DNA of 64,000 nucleotides from Malacoraja senta (Eukaryota): positions 186,001-250,000 of the forward strand of contig JAXLNO010000680.1 of assembly GCA_038087875.1 (NCBI GenBank), read 5' to 3'. Both the position numbers and the translations under genes were made by a program. The notes beneath the pieces were generated by a model. The model was given only the letters and a program-made list of their open reading frames with translations. It ran no database searches and was not told the DNA's origin. Position 1 is the stretch's first letter, and each line of letters begins with the position of its first letter. Shown here piece by piece: positions 12,566-24,384 of this stretch.

Positions 12566-12769
12566 CAGATAGATAGATCTTGTCGATAGATGATGGGGGA
12601 AGTGCAGAGAGCAATATTGAACAAAGGTAGGTGATTATAGGGCAATAGGGCGAGTATAGCACGATTGTGATCTACTGTAATAATCAATGTTTATAAGTTG
12701 TAGGAGCAGAATGAGGCCATTCGGCCTATCAAGTCTACTCCGCCATTCAATCATGCTCCCTCACAACCC

Positions 12770-15555
12770 TGCCTCCCACAGTGTGGAGCTCCCTACCTCG
12801 CCCACACTCCCACAGTGTGGAGCTCCCTCACTCACTCACACACCCACAGTGTGGAGCTCCCTCACTCACTCACACAGTGTGGAGCTCCTTCACACACACA
12901 CTCAGTGTGGAGCTCCCTCACTCACTCACTCACACACCCACACAGTGTGGAGGTTCCCTACCTCGCCCACACTCGCACAGTGTGGAGCTCCCTCACTCAC
13001 CCACACAGTGCGGAGCTCCCTCACTCACTCACACAGTGTGGCGCTCACTCACACACACACTCAGTGTGGAGCTCACTCACTCACACAGTGTGGAGCTCCC
13101 TCACTCACAGTGTGGAACTCCCTCACACACACACACAGTGTGGAGCTCACTCACTCACTCACACAGTGTGGAGCTCCCTCACTCACTCACACAGTGTGGA
13201 ACTCCCTCACTCACACAGTGTGGAGCTCCCTCACTCACTCACTCAGTGTGGAGCTCCCTCACTCACTCACACAGGGTGGAGCTCACTCACTCACTCACAC
13301 AGTGTGGAGCTCCCTCACTCACTCACTCACACAGTGTGGAGCTCCCTCACTCACTCACTCACACAGTGTGGAGCTCCCTCACTCACTCAGTGTGAGCTCC
13401 CTCACTCACTCACTCACACAGTGTGGAGCTCCCTCACTCACTCACTCACACAGTGTGGAGCTCCCTCACTCACTCACACAGTGTGGAGCTCCCTCACTCA
13501 CTCACACAGTGTGGAGCTCCCTCACTCACTCACTCACACAGTGTGGAACTCCCTCACTCACTCACACAGTGTGGAGCTCCCTCACTCACTCACTCACACA
13601 GTGTGGAGCTCCCTCACTCACTCACTCACACAGTGTGGAGCTCCCTCACTCACTCACACAGTGTGGAACTCACTCACTCACTCACACAGTGTGGAGCTCA
13701 CTCACTCACTCAGTGTGGAGCTCCCTCACTCACTCACACAGTGTGGAGCTCCCTCACTCACTCACACAGTGTGGAGCTCCCTCATTCACTCACTCACACA
13801 GTGTGGAGCTCCCTCACTCACTCACACAGTGTGGAGCTCCCTCACTCATTCACACAGTGTGGAGCTCCCTCACTCACTCACAGTGTGGAGCTCACTCACT
13901 CACTCAGGATGGAGCTCACTCACTCACTCACACAGTGTGGAGCTCCCTCACTCACACAGTGTGGAGCTCCCTCACTCACACAGTGTGGAGCTCCCTCACT
14001 CACTCACACAGTGTGGAGCTCCCTCACTCACTCACACAGGGTGGAGCTCACTCACTCACTCACAGTGTGGACGCTCCCTCACTCACTCACACAGTGTGGA
14101 GCTCCCTCACTCACTCACACAGTGTGGAGCTCCCTCACTCACTCACACAGTGTGAAGCTCCCTCACTCACTCACTCACTCACACAGTGTGGAGCTCCCTC
14201 ACTCACTCACACAGTGTGGAGCTCCCTCACTCACTCACTCACACAGTGTGGAGCTCCCTCACTCACTCACTCACACAGTGTGGAGCTCCCTCACTCACTC
14301 ACACAGTGTGGAGCTCCCTCACTCACTCACACAGGGTGGAGCTCACTCACTCACTCAGTGTGGAGCTCCCTCACTCACTCACTCACACAGTGTGGAGCTC
14401 CCTCACTCACTCACACAGTGTGGAGCTCCCTCACTCACTCACACAGTGTGGAGCTCCCTCACTCACTCACTCACTCACACAGTGTGGAGCTCCCTCACTC
14501 ACTCACACAGTGTGGAGCTCCCTCACTCACTCACTCACACAGTGTGGAGCTCCCTCACTCACTCACACAGTGTGGAGCTACCTCACTCACCCACACAGTG
14601 TGGAGCTCACTCACTCACTCACTCACAGTGTGGAACTCACTCACTCACTCACACAGTGTGGAGCTACCTCACTCACCCACACAGTGTGGAACTCACTCAC
14701 TCACTCACTCTACCACAGTGTGGAGCTCACTCCCTCACTCACTCACTCACACAGTGTGGAGCTCACTCAGTCACACCGTGTGGAACTCACTCACCCACTC
14801 ACACCGTGTGGAACTCACTCACCCACTCACACAGTATGGAACTCACTCACTCACCCACACAGCGTGGAGCTCATTCACTCACTCACAGTATGGAACTCAC
14901 TCACTCACTCACAGTGTGGAGCTCCCTCACCCACCCACTCACAGTGTGGAGCTCCCTCACTCACTCACTCACACAGGGTGGAGCTCCCTCACTCACTCAC
15001 ACACACAGTGTGGAACTCACTCACAGTGTGGAGCTCCCTCACTCACTCACACAGTGTGGAGCTCCCTCACTCACTCACACAGTGTGGAGCTCACTCACTC
15101 ACTCACACAGTGTGGAGCTCACTCACTCACTCACAGTGTGGAACTCACCCACTCACTCACACAGTGTGGAACTCACTCACAGTGTGGAACTCACTCACAC
15201 AGTGTGGAACTCACTCACTCACTCACACAGTGTGGAACTCACTCACTCACTCAGTGTGGAACTCCCTCACTCACTCACACAGTGTGGAGCTCACTCACAC
15301 AGTGTGGAGCTCACTCACTCACTCAGTGTGGAGCTCACTTACTCACTCAGTGTGGAGCTCACTCCCCCACTCACTCACACAGTGTGGAACTCACTCACTC
15401 ACTCTACCACAGTGTGGAGCTCACTCCCTCACTCACTCACTCACACAGTGTGGAGCTCCCTCACTCACTCAGGGTGGAGCTCACTCACTCACTCACTCAG
15501 GGTGGAGCTCACTCACTCACTCAGGGTGGAGCTCACTCACCCACTCTACCACAGT
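12770..15555. repeat. Minisatellite with variable ~25-40 bp unit CACAGTGTGGAGCTCCC(TCAC)n
   Basis: Tandem array read directly from the sequence; lies in inferred intron 1 of the ZBTB43-like gene. Confidence 0.95.
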
Positions 15556-15591
15556 GCGGCGCTCCCTCCCTCCCTCCCCTGGGCTACGCAC

Positions 15592-15830
15592 CTACTCGAG
15601 GCCCAGGCTGTGGGCGGGGAAGCCGCGGCCTACGGGGCGACGTTGTCCCGGGACTCGGGCTCTCGGCCACCGGCGCATCCACCGCCTTCACTGGACCGGG
15701 GAGAGGGAGATGGAGAGGGAGGGGGAGGTGGGTCCGGGACTCGGCTTCACTCGGGAAGGTTCCGGACGGTCACTCGGGTCGGGGTCGGGGTCCGGTCCGG
15801 GCCGCTGCTTCCGCTTCCGCTTCGCTCGGC
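15592..15830 (-). promoter_or_regulatory. Putative non-coding first exon and CpG-island promoter of the ZBTB43-like gene
   Basis: CpG-rich unique sequence. Minus-strand donor AG|GTGCGT at 15592/15591. Tandem ETS/GABP-type CGGAAGCGGAAG at 15808-15819. The upstream boundary is approximate. Confidence 0.55.
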
Positions 15831-15857
15831 AAAACCCGGAGATCCGCCGCTGCCGCC

Positions 15858-17130
15858 GCCGCTCGGCTTCATTCGGGAAGGTTCCGAGTGTGTCGTCACT
15901 GGGGGCGGGGCGGGGCCGCTCGGCTTCATTCGGGAAGGTTCCGAGTGTGTCGTCACTGGGGGCGGGGCGGGGCCGCTCGGCTTCATTCGGGAAGGTTCCG
16001 AGTGTGTCGTCACTGGGGGCGGGGCGGGGCCGCTCGGCTTCACTCGGGAAGGTTCCGAGTGTGTCGTCACTGGGGGCGGGGCGGGGCCGCTCGGCTTCAT
16101 TCGGGAAGGTTCCGAGTGTGTCGTCACTGGGGGCGGGGCGGGGCCGCTCGGCTTCATTCGGGAAGGTTCCGAGTGTGTCGTCACTGGGGGCGGGGCGGGG
16201 CCGCTCGGCTTCATTCGGGAAGGTTCCGAGTGTGTCGTCACTGGGGACTCGGGGCCGCTCGGCTTCACTCGGGAAGGTTCCGAGTGTGTCGTCACTGCGG
16301 GGCGGGGCCGCTCGGCTTCATTCGGGAAGGTTCCGAGTGTGTCGTCACTGGGGACTCGGGGCCGCTCGGCTTCACTCGGGAAGGTTCCGAGTGTGTCGTC
16401 ACTGGGGACTCGGGCATCGGGCGGGGCCGCTCGACTTTGGGAAGGTTCCGAGTGTGTCGTCACTGGGAACTCGGGCGGGGCGGGGCGGGGCCGCTCGGCG
16501 TCACTCGGGAAGATTCCGAGTGTGTCGTCACTGGGGACTCGGGCGGGGCGGGGCGGAGCCGCTCGGTGTCACTCGGGAAGGTTCCGAGTGTGTCGTCACT
16601 GGGGACTCGGGCGGGCGGGGCGGGGCGGGGCCGCTCGGTGTCACTCGGGAAGGTTCCGAGTGTGTCGTCACTGGGAACTCGGGCGGGGCGGGGCGGGGCC
16701 GCTCGGCGTCACTCAGGAAGGTTCCGAGTGTGTCGTCACTGGGGACTCGGGAGGGGCGGGGTCGCTCGGCGTCACTCGGGAAGGTTCCGAGTGTGTCGTC
16801 ACTGGGACTCGGGAGGGGCGGGGTCGCTCGGCGTCACTCGGGAAGGTTCCGAGTATGTCGTCACTGGGACTCGGGCTGGGCGGGGCCACACGGCTTCGGG
16901 AAGGTTCCGTGTGTGTCGTCACTGGGGACTCGGGCGGGGCGGGGGCCGCTCGGCTTCGGGAAGGTTCCGAGTGTGTCGTCACTGGGGACTCGGGCGGGGC
17001 GGGGCCGCTCGGCTTCGGAAGGTTCCGAGTGTGTCGTCACTGGGATTCTCCGGACTCGGTCGGGGCCGCTCGGCTTCGGCTTCGGCTTCACTCGGTAAGG
17101 TGCCGGAGAACCGTTCGGCTTCACTCGGAA
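15858..17130. repeat. GC-rich minisatellite, 57-bp unit (GCTCGGCTTCATTCGGGAAGGTTCCGAGTGTGTCGTCACTGGGGGCGGGGCGGGGCC)
   Basis: Unit starts at 15861, 15918, 15975 and so on; ORFs show 19-aa periodicity; units degenerate distally. Confidence 0.95.
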
Positions 17131-17302
17131 TGTTCCGGACCCCCCCACCCCTCCCCTCCCCCTCCCGCTTCACTCCCGAGCTCGGCTTGACTCGGGAGGG
17201 TCGCTCGGCGGAGCTCGGGGTTGTTCGGGACTCGGGGTTTGGTTTGGAGCCGCTCGGCTCAGCCCGGACCTACACTCGGTTCACTCCTTCATCAAGCTCT
17301 AG

Positions 17303-17331
17303 ACACACACTCACACACTCACTCACACACT

Positions 17332-17362
<31 letters not shown>

Positions 17363-18512
17363 ACACACACACACTCACTCACTCACTCACTCACTCACAC
17401 TCACCACTCACACTCACTCACACACTCACTCACACACTCACACTCACTCACTCACTCACCACACACACACCACACACACACACACTCACTCACACACTCA
17501 CACACACACACTCACACTCACTCACACTCACTCACTCACACACACTCACACACTCACACTCACACACACACACTCACACACACACACACTCACTCACACA
17601 CTCACTCACACACTCACTCACACACTCACTCACACACACACTCACTCACACACTCACTCACACACTCACACACACACACTCACACTCACTCACACTCACT
17701 CACACACACACACACTCACACACACACACTCACACACACACACACTCACTCACACACCACTCACACACTCACTCACACACTCACTCACACACACACTCAC
17801 TCACACACTCACTCACACACACACTCACACACTCACTCACACACTCACTCACACTCACACTCACACACTCACTCACACACACACACTCACTCACACACTC
17901 ACACACTCACTCACACACACACACTCACACACTCACTCACACACACACACACACACTCACACACACACACTCACTCACACACACACTCACACTCACACAC
18001 ACTCACACACTCACACTCACACACACACACACACTCACACACACACTCACACACACTCACACACTCACACACACACACACTCACACACATACACTCACTC
18101 ACACACACACACACTCACACTCACTCACTCACACACACACTCACTCACACACACTCACACACACACACTCACACTCACTCACTCACACACACACTCACAC
18201 TCACACACACACAGACACATTCATTCACACACTCACATTCACACACACACACACACTCTCACACTCACTCACTCACACTCATACACACACAGAAACACAC
18301 ACACACTCACTCACTCACTCACACTCACACACACACAGACACATTCACTCACACACTCACATTCACACACACTCGCACACTCACACACACTCCCAAACAC
18401 GCACATACACACACACACACACACACACTCACCCACACACACACTCGCCCACACACACACTCACCCACACACACACTCACACTGACAGACACACTCAGAC
18501 AGAGAGAGAGAG
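17303..18512. repeat. Compound (CA)n/(CACT)n microsatellite, about 1.2 kb
   Basis: Read directly from the sequence. Confidence 0.97.
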
Positions 18513-20335
18513 ACCAGACTGACCCTTCTTCAGACTGCAAGGACTTCAGACTTCTCTGCTTGAAGACTGCCATGAAACAAGACAAAATAACGGTCCCTAC
18601 ATCATCAACTCGCTAACTTTCAATAAACTTTGCTACCAATATTCCCTTTACCCAAGGACGATAAGGGAATGGAATATGTTACCACCCAACACATGTGCTG
18701 CTCCCGATGTTAAGTCATTTAAAAAGGGGATTGAGCAACTAGATCTCCTCAACTTGGTCAAAACCGCCCACTTCAAAATGTAATCACTACTCTACTCACT
18801 CCGATCTGCGCGAGATAACCACTTATGAGGTGTTTGCGCAGTAATCAACCAGAACCAGAAGGGTCTCGACCCAAAACGTCACCCATTCCTTCTCTCCAGA
18901 GATGCTGCCTTTCCCGCTGAGTTACCCCACCATTTTGGGTCCACCTCGGGTGCAAACCAGCTTCCACAGTTCCTTCCTACATTTCGTCTGCTCCACTGCG
19001 GAATCTCCTCAAGGCATGCCTGCTTTGAAGAAGTTCTCATCACTGCTCCCCCTCTGGGATTCACCTTACCCTTCCATATCTCTAGTCTCCCTCTCCCCTG
19101 ACTCTGTCTGAAGAAGGGTCTTGACCCGAAACATCACCCATTCCTTCTCTGCAGAGATGCTGCCTGACCCGTCTGACCCGTTGAGTTTCTCCCAGTATTT
19201 TATGTCTATCTTCAGAGTTCAGTTTCAGTTCAGTTTAGTTTATTGTCACGTGTAGTGAGGAACAGTGAAATGCCTTTGTTGCGTGCTAACCAGTTAGCGG
19301 AAAGGCTAGACATGATTACAGTAGAGCCATCCACAATGTACAGATACATGATAAGGGATTAACGTTTAATGCAAGGTAAAGTCCGATCAAAGATCACCTG
19401 AGGGTCACCTATGTGGTAGATAGTAGTTCAGGAGTGCTCTCTAGTTGTGGTAGGATGGTTCAGTTGCCTGATAATGTCTGGGAAGAAACTATCCCTGAAT
19501 CTGGAGATGTGCGTTTTCACACTTCTATACCTTTTGCCCGATGGGAAAAGTTCGATGCATCAGCCCATCAAAGCAACACTGCTGATTAGGTGGAGGCACA
19601 AGAAGCTGCAGATGCTGGAGTCTTCAGCAAAAACAAACTGCTGAAGGACTCACTGGGTTGGGCAGCGTCTGTGGAGGGAATGGACAAGACCAGGTTTTGT
19701 TGACGGGGGAAGAGTCTTGTATTCTGTTTAGTTTAGAGATACAGTGAGGAAACAAGCCCTTTGGCCCACCGAGTCCACACCGACCAGCGATCCCAGCACA
19801 CTTACACTATCCTACACATATTAGGGACAATTTACATTTATACCAAGCCAATTAACCTACAAACATGTACGTCTTTGGAGTGTGGGAGGAAACCGAAGAT
19901 CTCGGAGAAAACCCACGCGGTCACAGGGAGAACGCACCCATGGTCGGGTTCGAACCCGGGTCCCCAGCGCTGTAAGGCAGCCACTCTACCGCTGCGCCTC
20001 CGTGCCACCCCAAATATATAATAAACAAAAGTTTAATAAATTAATAATTCCAATGCTCATGTAAAAAAGTCCCAAAGCTCTTCGAGCAACCAAAGTAAGT
20101 CCATAGTTCACAGTTAAGGTTGGTTTTGTGCGGTGTTCAAGAATCAAGAGTGTTTTATGGTCATGTGTCCCAGATAGAACAATGAAATTCTTACTTGCAG
20201 CAGCACAATAGAATATGTAAACATAGTATTCTGTAATCAAGATGATAAATGAGAGAGAAAAAGTTCAGTGTGAATATATAATTATCATCTTGATTACAGA
20301 ATACTATGTTTTCATGTTCTGTTGTGCTGTTGCAA

Positions 20336-20337
<2 letters not shown>

Positions 20338-20372
<35 letters not shown>
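20338..20372. repeat. (TA)n microsatellite
   Basis: Read directly from the sequence. Confidence 0.95.
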
Positions 20373-20380
<8 letters not shown>

Positions 20381-20515
20381 CATATAAAAACAAGCAATAG
20401 TGCATAAAGACAAAACCAATGCCCCCAAGTCTATGTAGTTCAGAGCTTATTTGGAGGTTGTAGTGTTCAATAGCCAGATGGTTGTAGGGAAGAAACTGTT
20501 CCTGAACCTGGACGT

Positions 20516-21090
20516 TAAGCAAAGAGGTCCTTCTGTAGTTGTACAGAGGCCTAGTGAGACCACACCTGGAGTATTGTGTGCAGTTTTGGTCCCCTACTTT
20601 GAGGAAGGACTTTCTTGCTATTGAGGGAGTGCAGCGTAGGTTTACAAGGTTAATTCCCGGGATGGCGGGACTGTCATATGCTGAGAGAATGGAGCATCTG
20701 GGCTTGTACACTCTGGAGTTTAGAAGGACAAGAGGGGATCTTATTGAAACATATAAGATTGTTAAGGGTTTGGACACGCTAGAGGCAGGAAACATGTTCC
20801 AGATGTTGGGGGAGTCCAGAACCAGCGGCCACAGTTTAAGAATAAGGGGTAAGCCATTTAGAAGGGAGATGAGGAACCACTTTTTCACACAGAGAGTTGT
20901 GAGTCTTTGGAATTCTCTGCCTCAGGCCAGTTCTCTGGATACTTTCAAGAGAGAGCTAGATAGGGCTCTTAAAGATAGCGGAGTCAGGGGATATGGGGAA
21001 AAGGCAGGATCAGGGTACTGATTGTGGATGATCAGCCATGATCTCATTGAATGGCAGTGCTGGCTCAAAGGGCCTGCATCTATTGTCTAT
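20516..21090 (+). mobile_element. CR1-clade LINE 3' end
   Basis: ORF 20539..21021 LVRPHLEYCVQFWSP...VVSLWNSLP. Confidence 0.9.
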
Positions 21091-22009
21091 TCTTATAATT
21101 TTCAGGCACCTGTACCGTTTTCCCGATGCCAGGGGTGAAATGCGTGTGTGGCCAGGGCGGTGTGGGTTTCTAATGATGCTGGCGGCCTTTTTGAGGCAGT
21201 GAATCCTATAAATCCCTTCGATTGTGGGGAGGTCAGTACACGTGATGGACTGGGCAGTGTTCACTGATGTTGTTCGCGAACGTTGTCGTCACGGTTCTCA
21301 GGCTCCTATATCTTCTTTGCTGGGTGATTGGAGCTGTGTAACAGGGGGCTCTGTAAATAACAACACACCTCAGATTGTCTCTCTGTCCCAAAGAGTGATA
21401 CAGCGTGGGAACAGGCCCTTCGGCCCAAATTGCCCACACATGTACCATCTACACTAGCTTGCGTTTGGCCCAATATCCCTCCCAACCTGTCCTATCCATG
21501 TACCTGTCTAACTGTTTCTTAACGTTGCAATAGTCCCTGCTTCAACCACCTCCTCTGGCAGCTCATTTGTGTGAAAATCTTACCCCTCAGATTGCCTATT
21601 AAATTATTTCCCCCTCATCTTAAACCTATGTCCTCTGGTCCTTGATTCCCCTACTCTGGGCAAGTGCATCTACCCCGATCTATTCCTCTCATTCAGGGTA
21701 CTAAGCGTTTTATTGACTTGTCACGTGAGTTTAAGTACTTACCTCAATCTCTCCGTACCCTCCCTTGTGCCATCGTTGTCATTTTAGCTGTGTTAATTTG
21801 GGAACCATTTCATTTGTGGATGGGCCATTGCTTAATGTGATCATGTGCCAAGCCCCTGTGACGTCACAAAGGGTTAGAGGAGATTGCCGCAGCAGTTCCC
21901 ACGCATAGCGTTGGTGCGTGGACCTCCACGTGTCACAGCACGGACCCAGTCTACATCGCCCAGCCTTTCTGCATCCTCTTGTGTCATTTCCAACCATTCT
22001 TTTTGATGT

Positions 22010-22280
22010 GGGTATGAACATTGACTTCTCTAACTTCAGATAGCCCTTGCTTTCTCTCTCCATCCCTTCCCCCTTTCCAGTTCTCCCACCAGTCTTACTG
22101 TCTCCGCCTACATTCTATCTTTGTCCCACCCCCTCCCCTGACATCAGTCCAAAGAAGGGTCTCGACCTGAAACGTCACCCATTCCTTCTCTCCAGAGATG
22201 CTGCCTGACCCGCTGAGGTACTCCAGCATTTTGTGTCTACCGTCTTTTTAACCAGCATCTGCAGTTCTTTCTTACACATC
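22010..22280 (+). mobile_element. Penelope-like element 3' end and terminal repeat
   Basis: Matches 63300-63570. Further short copies lie at about 3030-3160, 5930-6190, 19080-19215, 23135-23330, 37130-37360 and 59935-60310. Confidence 0.75.
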
Positions 22281-24384
22281 CTTTAGATGTGTCCACTCAA
22301 TAAAAGACATTTGGACAGGTACATGGGTGGGAAAAGGTCAAGGGGATGTGGGTCAAAGGGATCCTTGGCTGGCACGGCTTCAAACACAGGCAAATGGGCA
22401 TCTCGGTCAGCATGGACGGGTTGGGCCGAAGGGCCCATTTCCGTGCTCAATGACTCTACGAAATGGGGTTAGTTTAGATGCAGCATTTTGTCAGCATGGT
22501 CCAGTTGGGCCGAAGGACCTGTTTCCATGCACTTTGACTCTGAAATGGGATTAGTTTAGATGGGGTACCTTGGTCAGCATGGATGAGTTGGGCTGAAGGG
22601 CAGCCTGCATGGAGTACAAACACCATCACCGATGGGCAGAAATTCAGTGTACAACAAACAAGCTTTAGACGTCAGTGACACAGCGCGGAAACAGGCCCCT
22701 CGGCTCACAGAGTCCGCACCGACCAGCGATCCCTGTGAACCAGGACTATCCTACACACGAGGGACAATTTACAATTTCACAGAAGCCAATTAACCAACAT
22801 GTCTTTGGAGTGTGGGAGGAAACCGGAGCACCCGGAGAAAACCCACGCAGGTCACGGGGAGAACGTACAAACTCCGTACAGACAGCACCGGTAGTCAGGA
22901 TGGAACCCGGGTCTCTGGCGCTGTGAGGTAGCAACTCTACCGCTGCGCCATCATGCCGCCCTGAAGCAGCCAGCAAGTGCATCCGGAGATCAAGGGTGTT
23001 TAAGCGTCAATAGACACAAAATGCTGGAGTAACTCAGCGGGACAGGCAGCATCTCTGGATGGAAGGAAACGGTGACGTCTCGGGTCGGGACCCTTCTTAA
23101 TTGTTATGAGTACAGGCAGCACAACAATGACATAACTTCAGATAGCCCTTGCTTTCTCTCTCCATCCCCTTCCCCTTCCCAGTTCTCCCACTGGTCTTAC
23201 TGTCACCGCCTACATTCAATCTTTGTCCTGCCCCCTCCCCTGTCATCAGACTGACCCGAAACGTCACCCATTCCTTCTCTCCAGTGATGCAGCCTTGCCT
23301 GCTGAGTTACTCCAGCATTTTGTGTCTAACAACAATGACATTCATATATGCTGCAGCTCAACAGGCCCATTAACACACAAATAATCAATAATATAATAAA
23401 TTAATAACAGTAACACTAGGTAACCACAACAGCAAAAAAACAAAGTCCGTCGTGCAACCATTGACTCATCCCATAGAAGGTCACAGTTGCTGAGGTAGTG
23501 ATTAGAGTGTTTATCATAGTCACAAAGGAAATTCTAGCTGCAGTTTTACAGGCACATTTCTGCTTGGTATCTGGGGGATGTAGGCGAGATACGGAAGAAG
23601 GGTCTCGACCCGAAATATCACCCATTCCTTCTATCCTGTCCCGCTGAGGTCCTCCGGCATTTTGTCTATCCTCCAGAGATGCCGCCTGTCCCGCTGAGTT
23701 ACTCCGGCATTTTGTGTCTATCCTCCAGAGATGCTGCCCGTCCCGCTGAGTCACTCCGGCATTTTGTGTCTATCCCCCAGAGATGCCGCCTGTCCCGCTG
23801 AGTTACTCCGGCATTTTGTGTCTCTTAGAAACTAAACGAGTACTTTGCACCTGTTTTCAGAAGGACAAGGACGACAGTGAGGTTAGTGTGGACAATACTC
23901 CTACTTTTAGTTTTAGGGATACAGCGCGGAAACAGGCCCTTCAGCCCACCAAGTTTGTGCCAACCAGCCATCACCCTATGCACTAATTCTATCTGTAAAT
24001 TGTACGCTAAGTACAATTTACAGAAGCCAATTAACCTACAAACCTGCACGTCTTTGGAATGTGGTTGGAAACTGGAGCACCCGGAGAAAACCCACGTGAT
24101 CACGGGGAGAACGTACTAATTCCGTACATACACCACCCATAGTCAGGATCGAACCCAGGTCTCTGGCGCTGTGAGGCGGAAACTCTACCGCTGTGCAACC
24201 CCTGCAAAGGCCCTCTGATTCAGAAGGATGAAGTGTTGGGCTCTTGAAGAGCATTATTGATTATGGGGAGAAGGCAGACGAATGGGGTTAAGAGGGAAAG
24301 ATAGATCAGCCATGGTTGAATGGCACAGTGGACTTGATGGGCTGAATGGCCTAATTCTACTCCTATCACTTATGAACATGAATT

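Noticed and set aside
15858..17130. CRISPR-like appearance (palindromic repeats at regular spacing)
   Set aside because: The intervening sequences are repeated rather than unique spacers, there are no cas genes, and the context is vertebrate.
12687..18522. Giant + strand ORFs (1932, 1255, 970, 446 and 433 aa), rich in His/Thr/Ser
   Set aside because: All three frames are open because the tandem units lack stop codons. There is no domain content, and they lie antisense across an intron and promoter.
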